Positions 29,022 to 40,130 are shown, counted from the first letter of the stretch. The stretch: DNA of 64,000 nt from Candidatus Ratteibacteria bacterium (GCA_046296715.1 JBKBIN010000004.1:1-64000), one strand, 5' to 3'. Numbers and translations: made by a program. Notes: generated by a model from the sequence alone, not told the origin.

Positions 29022-30317
29022 TTAACAGATTACTTTTGTACCGAGATACTTTTCTACAATTTTTATTGCACAATATTTTCCACACATAGTGCATACATCT
29101 TTATTTTTTAAAGGGAACTTCATCCTTAACTTTTTAAACTTTTCTTTATCAATAGCAATTTGCATTTCTTCTTTCCATTTTCTTTCAGTTCTGGCAATAT
29201 CCATCAAAAAATCAAGTTCCTTTGTATTTTTAATTCCTTTTCCAATGTCACCAGCATGTGCAGCAATTTTTGCAGCAATAACTCCTTCTTTTACTTCTTC
29301 AACACCAGGTAATGATAGATGTTCGCTTGGTGTGACATAACACAAAAAGTCTGCCCCTTTCCAGGCAGCAATTGCTCCTCCAATTGCAGAAGTGATATGA
29401 TCGTATCCAGGAGCAATATCACACACAATTGGTCCAAGAACATAAAAAGGAGCGTTATGACAGATTTTTTTCTCAAGTAAAACATTTGTCTCTATTTCAT
29501 TAATTGGTATATGACCTGGTCCTTCTATTATAACCTGAACATTATTCTCCCATGCATATTTTGTTAATTCTCCAAGTGTAAGCAATTCTTCAATTTGAGC
29601 ACTATCTGTTGAATCAATAATTCCACCTGGTCTCAATCCATCTCCTAAACTTAAGACAATGTCATATTTTTTTGCAATTTCTAACAATCTATCAAAATTT
29701 TTATACAATGGATTTTCTTTTTCATTTGATATCATCCAGGAAATTAAAAATGCTCCTCCTCTACTTACAACAAGAGATTTTCTTGGATTTTTTCTTAATC
29801 TTTCAACACTTTTTAAGTTTAATCCACAATGAACTGTAATGAAACTTACTCCATCTTTTGCATGCTTTTCAATAACTTCAAAAATTTTATCTTCATCCAT
29901 TTTTATTAGTGCACCCTTTTCATTTATTGATTCTATCGCTGCTTGATATATTGGAACTGTACCTACTGGAACACTGCTTTTTTTTAATATTGTCTTTCTA
30001 ATTTTGTCTAAACTACCCCCTGTACTTAAATCCATAACAGTGTCTGTCCCATATTTTTCTGCAACCATCAATTTTTCAATTTCTAAGGATAGATCACATA
30101 CTTCAGGAGATGTCCCTATATTTGCATTTACTTTTGTTTTTGTGCTTTCACCTATCCCTAAATATTTTTCTTTGTGTTTTAAAATTATAACTTTACCTTC
30201 TGCAACTTTTTTTGCCAATTCTTCCGGATTTAGAGATTCATATTCTGCAACTTTTTTGACAGCATTACTTATTATTCCTTTTTTCGCAATTTCTTTTTCA
30301 AGTATTATTTTTTTCAT
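29022..30317 (-). CDS. thiC: Phosphomethylpyrimidine synthase
   Basis: [53 protein letters not shown]. Confidence 0.92.
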   Translation of the reverse strand: MKKIILEKEIAKKGIISNAVKKVAEYESLNPEELAKKVAEGKVIILKHKEKYLGIGESTKTKVNANIGTSPEVCDLSLEIEKLMVAEKYGTDTVMDLSTGGSLDKIRKTILKKSSVPVGTVPIYQAAIESINEKGALIKMDEDKIFEVIEKHAKDGVSFITVHCGLNLKSVERLRKNPRKSLVVSRGGAFLISWMISNEKENPLYKNFDRLLEIAKKYDIVLSLGDGLRPGGIIDSTDSAQIEELLTLGELTKYAWENNVQVIIEGPGHIPINEIETNVLLEKKICHNAPFYVLGPIVCDIAPGYDHITSAIGGAIAAWKGADFLCYVTPSEHLSLPGVEEVKEGVIAAKIAAHAGDIGKGIKNTKELDFLMDIARTERKWKEEMQIAIDKEKFKKLRMKFPLKNKDVCTMCGKYCAIKIVEKYLGTKVIC

Positions 30318-31969
30318 TTAAGAATTCCTCCTGTATTAGCAGAATGAACAAGTTTTGAATATTTTGCAAGAACTCCTTTTAAATCCTTTTTTAGTATTTT
30401 GATTTCCTTTTTTCTTTTTTTCATTTCTTCTTCATTTATGCAGATTTCAATTCTTCTTGAGGGAATATCAATTTCAATTATATCACCATCTTTTACATAT
30501 GCAATTGGACCTCCTTCTGCTGCTTCTGGACTTATATGTCCAATACAAGGACCTCTTGTACCACCCGAGAATCTTCCATCTGTAATTAAAGCAACTTTTT
30601 CTTCAAGTCCTTTACCACTTATTACAGATGTTATTGATAACATTTCTCTCATACCTGGTCCACCTTTTGGCCCTTCATATCTTATAACTATCACTCCTTC
30701 TTTTATTTTACCTTCAATAACTGCTTTCATAGCATCTTCTTCTGAATTAAATACAATTGCTTTTCCTTTAAATTTTCTCATATTTTCTTTAACTGCTGAT
30801 TGTTTTACAACTGCACCATCTGGAGCTAGTGAACCTTTTAAGATTGCTATTCCACCTTCTTTCATATAAGGGTTTTCAATATCTCTAATCACATTTCTAT
30901 CATAAACTTTTGCTTTTTCAATAATTTCACCAATTTTTTCACCAGAGACAGTTAAACATTCTGTTTCAATTAATCCTTTTTTATTTAATTCTTTCATTAC
31001 TGCTGGAATTCCACCAGCATTATCTAAATCTTGTAAGTGTTGTTTAGAAGCAGGAGAAAGTTTACAGATATTTGGAGTTATTCTGCTTAACTGATCAAAT
31101 ATTTCAAGGTCAATTTTAATCTGACCTTCATTTGCAATTGCAGGGAGATGTAAAACTGTATTTGTTGAAGCTCCAATTGCCATGTCAACAACAATTGCAT
31201 TTTTGAAACTTTCAAATCTTATAATATCTAAAGGTTTAATATTTTTGTTAACAAGTTCTACAATTTTCATCCCTGTATATTTTGCTAATCTAATTCTTCT
31301 TGCATCTACAGCAGGTATTGTTCCATTTCCAGGTAAAGCAAGCCCTAATGCTTCTGAAAGACAGTTCATTGAGTTTGCTGTAAACATTCCTGCACAACTT
31401 CCAGCACCAGGACAAGCTCTTTCTTCTATGAGTTTAAGTTCTTCCTCTGTAATTTCTCCTTCTAAAAATTTTCCCACTCCTTCAAAAACACTAATTAAAT
31501 CAAGTTCTTTTTGTTCTGGTAAAAAACCGCATAACATAGGACCACCACTTATAAAAATTCCAGGAATATTTATTCTTAAAAGAGCCATCAACATTCCAGG
31601 AACAATTTTATCACAACTTGCTATCATCACTATTCCATCAAATTGGTGTGCTTGAGTCATTATTTCAATAGAATCTGCAATTATATCTCTTGAGACCAAA
31701 CTATATTTCATTCCTTGATGACCCATTGCTATTCCATCACAAACTCCGATAGTCCTAAATTCAATCGGTGTTCCACCTGCGATTCTAATTCCTGCTTTAA
31801 CTGCTTCTGTAATTTTATCAAGATGTATGTGACCTGGAATTATTTCATTTCCTGAATTTGCTACACCTATTATAGGTCTTTTTATTTCTTCATCTGTAAG
31901 TCCAGTCGCCTTTAACAAACTTCTATGAGGAGCCCTTACATAATCTTTTTTTATATTGTCACTTCTCAT
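30314..31969 (-). CDS. ilvD: Dihydroxy-acid dehydratase
   Basis: [55 protein letters not shown]. Confidence 0.97.
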   Translation of the reverse strand: MRSDNIKKDYVRAPHRSLLKATGLTDEEIKRPIIGVANSGNEIIPGHIHLDKITEAVKAGIRIAGGTPIEFRTIGVCDGIAMGHQGMKYSLVSRDIIADSIEIMTQAHQFDGIVMIASCDKIVPGMLMALLRINIPGIFISGGPMLCGFLPEQKELDLISVFEGVGKFLEGEITEEELKLIEERACPGAGSCAGMFTANSMNCLSEALGLALPGNGTIPAVDARRIRLAKYTGMKIVELVNKNIKPLDIIRFESFKNAIVVDMAIGASTNTVLHLPAIANEGQIKIDLEIFDQLSRITPNICKLSPASKQHLQDLDNAGGIPAVMKELNKKGLIETECLTVSGEKIGEIIEKAKVYDRNVIRDIENPYMKEGGIAILKGSLAPDGAVVKQSAVKENMRKFKGKAIVFNSEEDAMKAVIEGKIKEGVIVIRYEGPKGGPGMREMLSITSVISGKGLEEKVALITDGRFSGGTRGPCIGHISPEAAEGGPIAYVKDGDIIEIDIPSRRIEICINEEEMKKRKKEIKILKKDLKGVLAKYSKLVHSANTGGILK

Positions 31970-32072
31970 TTTTCCCTCCTAATTTTATAAAATTAAAAAA
32001 GAAAAACTTTTTATCAACTAATAAATCTTGGCAAAAAAATGATATAGTAAAAATCTATATATGTCAATTAAT

Positions 32073-33257
32073 TCAAAACTTTGTAAGGATTAAGGGAAGA
32101 TGAATTAAAGATTTTTTAAATTCATTTTCAACTTCTCCTTCATTTGTTCCCCAAAAGTATAAAAGTTCATTTTTAAGTAATAAGACAGAATAACTTCCAG
32201 AAGCAGAAATAAGATATCCATCTTTAAATAACTCTTTTCCATTATACACTTTAATTGGAAAGTTTACTTTTTTTAAAATCATATTTCCAAGTTGTCCAAA
32301 ACTATTTCCACCAAAAACAAAAATAGTTCCATCTTTGGTCAGGACAATTGTATGATTTCTTCCTGCTGAAACTTCAACAACATCTTTTAAATATCCTTCC
32401 CCATGTTCACCTTTTACTAAAACTGGTATATTTTTGTCTTTATAAGTTCCGTCTCCAAGTTGTCCTTTCCAGTTTTTACCCCATGCATATAGGTTTCCAT
32501 CCTTATCTATTGCAAATGAATGAAAAGCACCGCAGGAGATTTTGACTATATTTTTTAAATTTTTTACTTTAACAGGATAAAATCTATTTTTATAAGTTCC
32601 ATCACCAAGTTGACCAAATTCGTTATCTCCCCATGCCCAAACAGTTCCATCCTTTGATAATGCAAGAACATGAAAAGCGCCTGCTTTTATATCTATTATA
32701 TTTTTTAAATCTTTTACACTTGTTTTCACTGGAAGAGGATAATTTCTATTTATTATTGTTCCATCTCCAAGTTGTCCATATTTATTATCTCCCCATGTCC
32801 AGATAGTTCCATCTTTTCTTAATGCAACTGAAAAATCCCATCCACCTGCAACTTTTATTACTCCGTCAAAAATTTTTCCACTTTTATATTTTACAAAAAC
32901 AGGAAATTTTGAGTTTTTATAAGTTCCATCACCAAGTTGACCAGAAACATTTCCACCCCATGTTAAGACAAAACCATTTTTATGTAGTGCAATTGAATGT
33001 ATATCCCCTGCTCCAATATCAATTATATCTTTTAAGTATTCTTTATCATTTAACTTAACTTTTACAGGTTTACTTACATTTCTATCATTTCCATTACCTA
33101 TTTGACCTGCTTTATTCCATCCAAAAGCAAATACATATCCATCTTTAGTCAAAATCAATGTATGAGATTTACCACTTACAATTTTCTCTATCTTTTCTGA
33201 AAAAGCAAAATTACAAAACCAAAAAAGTAAATAAAAGAGCAGAAATTTTTTTCCCAT
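32073..33257 (-). CDS. Secreted RCC1/BLIP-II-repeat beta-propeller protein
   Basis: N-terminal signal peptide; about 7 repeats of G..H...L..DG.V..WG.N..GQLGDG. Confidence 0.9.
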   Translation of the reverse strand: MGKKFLLFYLLFWFCNFAFSEKIEKIVSGKSHTLILTKDGYVFAFGWNKAGQIGNGNDRNVSKPVKVKLNDKEYLKDIIDIGAGDIHSIALHKNGFVLTWGGNVSGQLGDGTYKNSKFPVFVKYKSGKIFDGVIKVAGGWDFSVALRKDGTIWTWGDNKYGQLGDGTIINRNYPLPVKTSVKDLKNIIDIKAGAFHVLALSKDGTVWAWGDNEFGQLGDGTYKNRFYPVKVKNLKNIVKISCGAFHSFAIDKDGNLYAWGKNWKGQLGDGTYKDKNIPVLVKGEHGEGYLKDVVEVSAGRNHTIVLTKDGTIFVFGGNSFGQLGNMILKKVNFPIKVYNGKELFKDGYLISASGSYSVLLLKNELLYFWGTNEGEVENEFKKSLIHLPLILTKF

Positions 33258-33266
33258 TACCTTGAT

Positions 33267-34400
33267 TTAGACATAATTTTTAACAGGAAGGTTTAGTTTT
33301 AAAATATAACTTCTTCTGTAATTTTCATGTATTGAATCAAATGTTATAGTATTTTCATCTTCCCACCTTGGATGTAAATCACATCTAATAGAATCTGTAA
33401 TTTTTGGGAGAGAGTAAAATTTGCCTATTATTACTTCCTCATCTTTGTCAAGATTAAAAATTTTAAGATATCTATAGTTTTCAATAGGGTATGTGTCGTA
33501 TAGAATAAATTTTTTATTTTTTGAATATGAACAATGTCCATCAATTTTTTGAATTTTTTTACTCAATTTTTTAATTTTTCTGGTTTTATCTTCTATTATC
33601 CAGAATCCTTTTTCGCCTTTTATTTCTGCCCAAACTATTATTTCTTTTTCATCTTTCCAATCAAAATGAGAAATACTGTAAGAGTCAATTAAATCATAAA
33701 TTTCTTTCCCTTCCAAATCACTTGTTATAAATCTTGTTTTAAATGGTTCATTAAATTTAGTTTTCCATCTATTTACAAAACAAAATCTTGTTCCATCTTT
33801 ATTAAATAGAGTGTGATTAAACCATCCATAAGATTGATTAATTTCTTTTTCTTTTCTGAATTCAAGCATTTTAGAAAGAGGGATTATCAATTTATACTTA
33901 TTTCTTTCAATATCAACAATATAAATACCATCATTTTCAGGCCACTTTTCATTCTCATATCTATCTTTCAAACCTACATAACCATATCCAGGTCTCCACT
34001 TATCAAGCCGAGAAAAATTTAAACTTAAAGCAATTTTCTTTTCAGGAAATATACAACTTATTGGTCTATCAATAATTTTAGATTTTCCATTTTTTATGTT
34101 ATAAATTTTTGAAAAAAAATTTTCCCCTATCCTCACATTATAAATTATTTCTTGATCAGATAACCATGAGAGCATACAGCCCTGTTGAAAATTCCATGAA
34201 TATGTTTCATCAATTTTTTGATATTTTTTATTTTCAATTTCTCCTATATATATCTCTGCTTTATCATTTTTTTGTGGTTCTCTATTTTGAAATTCAACTT
34301 TTAAAAATAGAAAATATTTTTTATCATAACTTATTTGTTTCTTATCATAATACCCAAAAAAACAAATTTTATTTTCAGGAGTTAACGGTTGAATTTTCAT
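33267..34400 (-). CDS. Conserved hypothetical beta-propeller protein (oligogalacturonate-lyase/TolB-like)
   Basis: FFGYYDK, WNFQQGCM, NHTLFNKDG, SHFDW, DGHCSYS, DTYP, RCDLHPRW. Confidence 0.6.
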   Translation of the reverse strand: MKIQPLTPENKICFFGYYDKKQISYDKKYFLFLKVEFQNREPQKNDKAEIYIGEIENKKYQKIDETYSWNFQQGCMLSWLSDQEIIYNVRIGENFFSKIYNIKNGKSKIIDRPISCIFPEKKIALSLNFSRLDKWRPGYGYVGLKDRYENEKWPENDGIYIVDIERNKYKLIIPLSKMLEFRKEKEINQSYGWFNHTLFNKDGTRFCFVNRWKTKFNEPFKTRFITSDLEGKEIYDLIDSYSISHFDWKDEKEIIVWAEIKGEKGFWIIEDKTRKIKKLSKKIQKIDGHCSYSKNKKFILYDTYPIENYRYLKIFNLDKDEEVIIGKFYSLPKITDSIRCDLHPRWEDENTITFDSIHENYRRSYILKLNLPVKNYV

Positions 34401-34503
34401 TTTTTGAAAGTTAAAATTTCTCTTGTATCTTACTTATTATACTGAAAATAATTTTGAGAAGTCAAAATTTTGTAATAAAATGATATCAATTTAGGAGAAA
34501 AAA

Positions 34504-34956
34504 ATGGAAAATTTAAGAAAAATAAAAATTGTTTCAGTTCTATTTTCTTTATTTCCTTTGCTTTTGATTTTAATTGGGAAGATAATGGTTTTAAATGGTT
34601 TTTCGCATTTTGTAGTAAATTATGAAGAAAACGAGAGGGTAAAAATTATTTTGAATACTTTTTATCTTTTAGGACTTGGAATCTTCTTTTTCTGTGGAGG
34701 TTTTTCTGACTGTATTTCAAAAAAACTATTTTCACATAAAAAAGATAATTCTGAAAAAGATCAAGCATACTTTCTTTATATAATTTTAATATTTTCTTTT
34801 TTGAATATAATCTCTATCTGTGGTTTTATTGGGTTTTTAATATGTGGAAATTTTGCGTGGCTTGTTACTTTTTCTTTAATTAATTTTTTATCTTTGTTTT
34901 CATATTTCCCAACACAAAAAAGATATAAGAAAAAAATTGAGATGTTTTCTGAATAA
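34504..34956 (+). CDS. Hypothetical membrane protein (about 4 TM segments)
   Basis: AGGAG RBS and hydrophobic segments. Confidence 0.7.
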   Translation: MENLRKIKIVSVLFSLFPLLLILIGKIMVLNGFSHFVVNYEENERVKIILNTFYLLGLGIFFFCGGFSDCISKKLFSHKKDNSEKDQAYFLYIILIFSFLNIISICGFIGFLICGNFAWLVTFSLINFLSLFSYFPTQKRYKKKIEMFSE

Positions 34957-34964
34957 AAAGAAAG

Positions 34965-35036
34965 AGCGGGATACGGGATTTGAACCCGCGACTTCGAGCT
35001 TGGGAAGCTCGCACTCTACCGCTGAGTTAATCCCGC
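34965..35036 (-). tRNA. tRNA-Gly (anticodon CCC)
   Basis: Reverse complement GCGGGATTAACTCAGCGGTAGAGTGCGAGCTTCCCAAGCTCGAAGTCGCGGGTTCAAATCCCGTATCCCGCT; no encoded CCA. Confidence 0.95.
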
Positions 35037-35130
35037 TTATATATATTTTTACCCTGTTTTTGAAAAAAAATCAACTTTTGAAAAATTGATTTTTAAATAT
35101 TTTTTTATTATAATTTTAAAAAGGGGAAAA

Positions 35131-35937
35131 ATGGAAGAATTAGAAAAACTTAAAAATATTATTGTTTTTAAAGATGCAGAAATAAAAAATCTTAAGAATG
35201 AAATTGAAAAACTTAAAAATATTATTTCTTTTTTTCCTGGCATTATTGTTATTCTTGATAAACATGGATTTGTTGAATTTATAAATAAAAAAGGACTTGA
35301 AATTTTGCATTATACTTCAGACGATGAATTAATGGGGAAAGATTGGTTTGATAACTGCATTCCCGAAAGTATAAGAGATAATTTGAGGTTTGTTTTTAAT
35401 AAAATTATAGAAGGACATATTGAGGGTTATGAATATTATGAAAATTTAGTTATAACAAGAATTAAAACTTTGAAGTTAATAGGATGGAGAAATTCATATA
35501 TAAAAGATGAGAAAGGTAATGTTTTAAAAACAATAAGTTATGGAATTGAAATTTCAAGAGAAAGTTTTAGAAAGCAGAAAATTGATGATTATGAAAAAAT
35601 TTTTGATATTCTGCCAGAAGCAATACATATAATAGATAGAGAGTTTAAGATTCTTTATTTTAATAAAGTTTTTGAAAAATGGAATAAAAATCTTGGATTA
35701 GAAACAAATGTTATTGGAAAAAATTTGTTTGATGTTTTTCCTTTTCTTTCAGAAAATATTAAAGAAGAATATGAAAAAGTATTTAATACAGGTGAGATTT
35801 TAGTAACAAATGAAAAATCGCTTATTTCAGGAAAAGAGATTATAACAGAAACAAGAAAAATTCCAATTTTTGAAAACGAAAAAGTAGTTAATGTTGTTAC
35901 ATTTATTAGAGAAATAACAAATTACCTTAAAGATTAG
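35131..35937 (+). CDS. Tandem PAS-domain protein with no output domain
   Basis: Two PAS repeats (PGIIVILDKHG.V.FIN...L.Y..DELMGKDWF; PEAIHIIDREFKILYFN...GKNLFDVFP; ends ...FIREIT); GGGG RBS before the ATG at 35131. Confidence 0.8.
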   Translation: MEELEKLKNIIVFKDAEIKNLKNEIEKLKNIISFFPGIIVILDKHGFVEFINKKGLEILHYTSDDELMGKDWFDNCIPESIRDNLRFVFNKIIEGHIEGYEYYENLVITRIKTLKLIGWRNSYIKDEKGNVLKTISYGIEISRESFRKQKIDDYEKIFDILPEAIHIIDREFKILYFNKVFEKWNKNLGLETNVIGKNLFDVFPFLSENIKEEYEKVFNTGEILVTNEKSLISGKEIITETRKIPIFENEKVVNVVTFIREITNYLKD

Positions 35938-35948
35938 TTTTTCAAAGA

Positions 35949-37067
35949 TTACGAAGATAGTATTTGATGAATCTTTTTAAGCTCCTCTCTAATTTTTATT
36001 TTTTGTGGACATTTTTCTTCACATTGACCACATTCAACACATGCATCCGCTTTTTTTCTTTCTTCCTTTTCTTCAATTTTTAAGTAGTTTTCTTTATATT
36101 TTTTAGACCCAAGCAAGATATATTGGTTATATAAGTTAAAGATATGTGGAATTGGAATATTTTGAGGGCATGGAAGACAGTATCTGCAAGAAGTACATGG
36201 TATTTCTCCAACTTTTTTTCTTTCCTTTATTATATTTTCAATAATTTCAATTTCTTCTTTAAGTAAAAATTCTTCTGAACTTGCTATCTTTGCATTTTCT
36301 TCAACCATCTCTAAACTGTTCATACCTGATAAAGCAATTGAAACATTTTTATTTGCAAAAACGAATTTAAAAGCTATTTCAACTGGATTTTTATATTTTT
36401 CCTTGAAAATATTCATTAAATATGGGAAATCTACAAGTCGTCCTCCACCAACAGGTCCCATAACTGCAACTCCAATTCCCTTTTTTGAAACATATTCAAT
36501 ACTCTCTTCATTACTTCTATCAAGTAAATTATATTGACACAAAACTGTTTCAAATATATCAACTGTATCAACAATTTTTTTCATATATTCTGGTTTATCA
36601 TGAAAAGAAAAAGAGATATGTTTAATTAGTCCTTCTTCTTTTGCTTTTTGTGCCTCTTCTGCTAAATTAAATTTTAAAACTTTTTCTTGAAAACTTTGCC
36701 AGTTTAATGAGTGAAAATGGTAAAAATCAATATACTCAACATCAATTTTTTTTAATTGTTCTTCAAGGATTCTTCTATAATCATCTTTTTTTTCTATTTG
36801 CCATAATGGTGATTTAGTTGAAATATATACTTTATCCCTCCATCCTTTAATTGCCTTTCCTACAATTATTTCGCTTTTTTGTTCACAATATCCATAAGCA
36901 GTATCAATATAATTTATACCAAGTTCAAACCCTTTTCTAATGATTTTTATTGATAATTCTTCGTCAATTGTTTTAACTCCATTTATTTCTTTTGTTGGTA
37001 ATCTCATTGCTCCAAATCCAAGAATTGAAACATATTTTCCTGTTTTTCCGAATTTCCTGTAAAGCAT
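35949..37067 (-). CDS. Aldo/keto reductase with a C-terminal 4Fe-4S dicluster domain
   Basis: SILGFGAMRLP, YIDTAYGY, STK, FSFHD; CTSCRYCLPCP and CVECGQCEEKCP. Confidence 0.92.
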   Translation of the reverse strand: MLYRKFGKTGKYVSILGFGAMRLPTKEINGVKTIDEELSIKIIRKGFELGINYIDTAYGYCEQKSEIIVGKAIKGWRDKVYISTKSPLWQIEKKDDYRRILEEQLKKIDVEYIDFYHFHSLNWQSFQEKVLKFNLAEEAQKAKEEGLIKHISFSFHDKPEYMKKIVDTVDIFETVLCQYNLLDRSNEESIEYVSKKGIGVAVMGPVGGGRLVDFPYLMNIFKEKYKNPVEIAFKFVFANKNVSIALSGMNSLEMVEENAKIASSEEFLLKEEIEIIENIIKERKKVGEIPCTSCRYCLPCPQNIPIPHIFNLYNQYILLGSKKYKENYLKIEEKEERKKADACVECGQCEEKCPQKIKIREELKKIHQILSS

Positions 37068-37133
37068 CTTTCCCTCCTTCTTCATAAAAATTTGTAGTTT
37101 GAAATAAGTCAAGTGGTTTTAAAAATTTTATTT

Positions 37134-37769
37134 TTACTTTTTATTGTAGAATCTCTCTATATATGAAACTGCTTCTTCTGGTTGATTAAAAACTTTAAAA
37201 ATTTTTAAATCTTTTTTATCAATATATTTTCTTTTTAAAAGAATCTCTGTCAACCATTTAATAAATCCATCCCAGTAAGTACTATCCATAAGAACAATAG
37301 GAAATTTATGGATTCTTTTTGTCTGTATAAGTGTTATTGCTTCTGTAAATTCATCAAGAGTTCCAAATCCGCCAGGAAATATAATAAAACCCTTTGTATA
37401 TTTAACAAACATAACTTTTCTTGTAAAAAAATATCTAAAAGAAATTAGTGTTTTTATATATGGATTAGGTTTTTGTTCCATTGGTAATTCTATATTGAGT
37501 CCCACAGATTCACCACCACCTAAAATTGCTCCTTTGTTTGCTGCTTCCATAATTCCTGGACCACCACCAGTTATTATTGTATAACCTTTTTCTGCAAGTA
37601 ATTTCGCTGTTATTACTGCTTTTTTATACCATTGGTCATTTTCTTTTATTCTGGCAGAACCCCAAATAGTAATGGCTTTGTTTATTTTTTCAAGTGTTTC
37701 AAAACCATCAACAAATTCTGCCATAATTCTGAAAATTCTCCATGATTCTTCATATCTATTCTTTTTCAT
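37134..37769 (-). CDS. LOG-family (TIGR00730) nucleotide phosphoribohydrolase
   Basis: GSAR, TGGGPGIMEAANKGA, FFTRKVMF, PGGFGTLDE. Confidence 0.92.
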   Translation of the reverse strand: MKKNRYEESWRIFRIMAEFVDGFETLEKINKAITIWGSARIKENDQWYKKAVITAKLLAEKGYTIITGGGPGIMEAANKGAILGGGESVGLNIELPMEQKPNPYIKTLISFRYFFTRKVMFVKYTKGFIIFPGGFGTLDEFTEAITLIQTKRIHKFPIVLMDSTYWDGFIKWLTEILLKRKYIDKKDLKIFKVFNQPEEAVSYIERFYNKK

Positions 37770-39048
37770 TTTTAATTTCCTCTACAATTAAAACTAAACC
37801 TTTAATATCAATAACTTTTATTTTTCTATCTTTTTCAATATTCCCTTTCATACTTTTACCTTTCCAGTATTCTCCATGGACAAAAACCATTCCTTCAGGA
37901 TTTAATTCAGTTATAGTTTTTCCTTCTTCTCCAATTAATCCTTCTTTTCCAGTTATTACTTTCCTTCTTTTGGTTTTCAAAGTAAACCATATGATAAACC
38001 AGGTGAATCCACCTGTCAAAATACTTGCTGAAATAATATACATATTTGGAATTTTAATTTCAGAAGTTTTTTTGAATAACATTAATGAACCAAGGATAAA
38101 AGTAATGATTCCTGAAGTAATAAAAATTCCAAAAGTTGGAGTCATTGCTTCTATAATAAAGAAAATAAAACTTAAAATAATCAAGATTAAACCAGCCAAA
38201 TTTATTGGTAATGTATGTAATCCAAAAAAAGCAAGAATTAAAGCAATTGTTCCAACAATGCCTGGAATCCCAAAACCAGGATGGGAAAATTCAAGTATTA
38301 TTCCCCATATTCCTAATATAAGTAGAAGATAAGCAATATTTGGGTCAGATATAAATTTCAAAATTCTATCCTTAAATTCAGGTTTTGCTTCTTTAATTTT
38401 AATATTTTTAGTGTTTAGAACTATTGCTTTCTCATTTATTTTTACCATTTTTCCATCTATTTTTTTAAGTAAATCATTTATATCTTTTGCTTTTAAGTCA
38501 ATAACTTTTTCTTTCAGTGCTTCCTCTTCAGTAGAAGAGATACTTTCTCTAACAGCTTTTTCTGCCCATTTTTCGTTTCTTCCCCTATATTTTGCGATTG
38601 TTTTAATAAAACTTACTGTATCGTTTACAATTTTTTCTTCAATTTTAGTATCTTTTTCTCCACCTGTAAGGGTAACTGGATGAGCTGCTCCTATATTTGT
38701 AGCTGGAGCCATTGCAAGAATATGACAAGATAAAGCGATAAATGTTCCAGCAGAAGCACATTGAGCACCACTTGGATAAACAAAACCAATTATAGGGATA
38801 TCTGATGAGAGTATCTCTTGGACTATTTTTCTCGTTGAAGATAGTAATCCACCAGGCGTATCTATTGTTATTAAAACAAAATCAGCCTTATTTTTTCTTG
38901 CTAAAGATATTGTATTTTTAACCTGATAATAAGTTACAGGACCAATTGCTCCATCTATATTTAATAGATATCCTTCATTCGCTTTTAAAGAATTTTTAAA
39001 GATTAAGACATATAAAATGAAAATCAATATCTTTATTTTTTTTCTCAT
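37756..39048 (-). CDS. NfeD-family membrane-bound serine protease (long form)
   Basis: IDTPGGL, ASAGTFI, APATNIGAAHPV, EKIVND, TM block, C-terminal OB domain (TGKEGLIG...VHGEYW). Confidence 0.9.
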   Translation of the reverse strand: MRKKIKILIFILYVLIFKNSLKANEGYLLNIDGAIGPVTYYQVKNTISLARKNKADFVLITIDTPGGLLSSTRKIVQEILSSDIPIIGFVYPSGAQCASAGTFIALSCHILAMAPATNIGAAHPVTLTGGEKDTKIEEKIVNDTVSFIKTIAKYRGRNEKWAEKAVRESISSTEEEALKEKVIDLKAKDINDLLKKIDGKMVKINEKAIVLNTKNIKIKEAKPEFKDRILKFISDPNIAYLLLILGIWGIILEFSHPGFGIPGIVGTIALILAFFGLHTLPINLAGLILIILSFIFFIIEAMTPTFGIFITSGIITFILGSLMLFKKTSEIKIPNMYIISASILTGGFTWFIIWFTLKTKRRKVITGKEGLIGEEGKTITELNPEGMVFVHGEYWKGKSMKGNIEKDRKIKVIDIKGLVLIVEEIKNEKE

Positions 39049-40130
39049 TTTACAAGTATATCTGGTCTTAAAAATTCTCCACCATCTGTTTCTATTTTTA
39101 ATAAGGGCCAATTTTTATCTTCTGTTATTATAATTGGTCTTTTTTCAGTTGTAATTATTGTATCTTCTGACTTTGTCCCTGTTATAGATGGATTCCACGC
39201 AAATGTCTGATTTTCTGATACAATTTCTTTTCTTTCATTTGTTGCTCTGAAATATCTTGTCATATAACCAGTTGGACCGCCTTGATGATGTTTTTTCCAT
39301 TCATCTCGGTATCCTGTTTTTTCATACATTTCTATTCCTTTAGAAAAAATTTCGCCAATCGTTTTTCCTTTTTGAGTTGAACTGATAAATGTAGAATCAA
39401 TTTTACAAACTGCAAGGTGTTTTTTCTTTAAATCTTCGGGTAATTTCCCAAAATATACAAGACGAGATAGAGAAACTATTAAACCATATTTTCTTGCACA
39501 TAGAACAATCATAACAGTTTTTTTTATTTTTTTATCTTTTGGAACTGGATGCCTATATTTTTCAATCCTTTCATCAGAAGCAATTAAAACAACAACAGGA
39601 ACTATATTTTCCTTCCATAAACTTTCGCTTAAAAATCCACATATTTCTATTTCCTTATCCCCTGGTTTTATCCCTTTACAAATATTAGATACTATTTTTG
39701 ATGTTTTCGAACCAATTTCTTTGTATCTTTCAATTTCTTCAGGCAAAAGTGGAAAATGTAATTTCTCAATATTTACTGGAAAATAATTATCATAGATTAT
39801 ATCAGAACCAATTTTTCCATCTGTAATTTTTTTTATTTTTTCATTAAATTTTTCTTCATACCAATTTTCAATAATTGGCTCAAAATTAAAATTTTTAAGT
39901 TCTTCTTCTGAAATTCTTGGGTATTCTATATTATTTGTAAGATAATAAATCTTCTTCTTTGTTATAAGTAACTTACAAACTCCTGTTTCTGTATGAAGTC
40001 CTACATAATTTATTTTCCCACCTGTAAACCAGGCAAAATTACTTACTTTGTTCAATAAAACTCCCTCTAATTTTTCTTCATCTAACAATTTTTTAACTCT
40101 TTTCCATTTAATTAGTATTTCTTTTTCCAT
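39045..40130 (-). CDS. M24-family (Xaa-Pro aminopeptidase/creatinase-like) protein
   Basis: NFAWFTGG, YRHP, HHQGG, AWNPS, KSEDT. Confidence 0.82.
   Translation of the reverse strand: MEKEILIKWKRVKKLLDEEKLEGVLLNKVSNFAWFTGGKINYVGLHTETGVCKLLITKKKIYYLTNNIEYPRISEEELKNFNFEPIIENWYEEKFNEKIKKITDGKIGSDIIYDNYFPVNIEKLHFPLLPEEIERYKEIGSKTSKIVSNICKGIKPGDKEIEICGFLSESLWKENIVPVVVLIASDERIEKYRHPVPKDKKIKKTVMIVLCARKYGLIVSLSRLVYFGKLPEDLKKKHLAVCKIDSTFISSTQKGKTIGEIFSKGIEMYEKTGYRDEWKKHHQGGPTGYMTRYFRATNERKEIVSENQTFAWNPSITGTKSEDTIITTEKRPIIITEDKNWPLLKIETDGGEFLRPDILVK

Noticed and set aside
29022..30317. thiC homolog as a Bza (benzimidazole synthesis) enzyme
   Set aside because: It is a single copy with typical ThiC motifs and no cobalamin-pathway neighbours. 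It cannot be fully excluded without an HMM comparison.
30399..31655. Long + strand ORFs (156 and 157 aa) opposite ilvD, and similar ones opposite nfeD, pnp, thiC and the symporter
   Set aside because: They are antisense shadows of well-conserved genes, with Ile/Ser/Phe/Pro-rich composition and no RBS or recognisable motifs.
31970..32072. TPP riboswitch or T-box upstream of ilvD-thiC
   Set aside because: The intergenic region is short and AT-rich, without the TGAGA/CTGAT TPP motifs or a T-box sequence.
32073..33257. RCC1 repeats as a diversity-generating retroelement template/variable pair
   Set aside because: The repeats differ at all base types, as expected for protein-level repeats, and no reverse transcriptase is present.
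34965..35036. tRNA genes as integration sites of an island or prophage
   Set aside because: No integrase and no duplicated tRNA 3' end was seen for the Gly, Pro or Arg tRNAs within the window.
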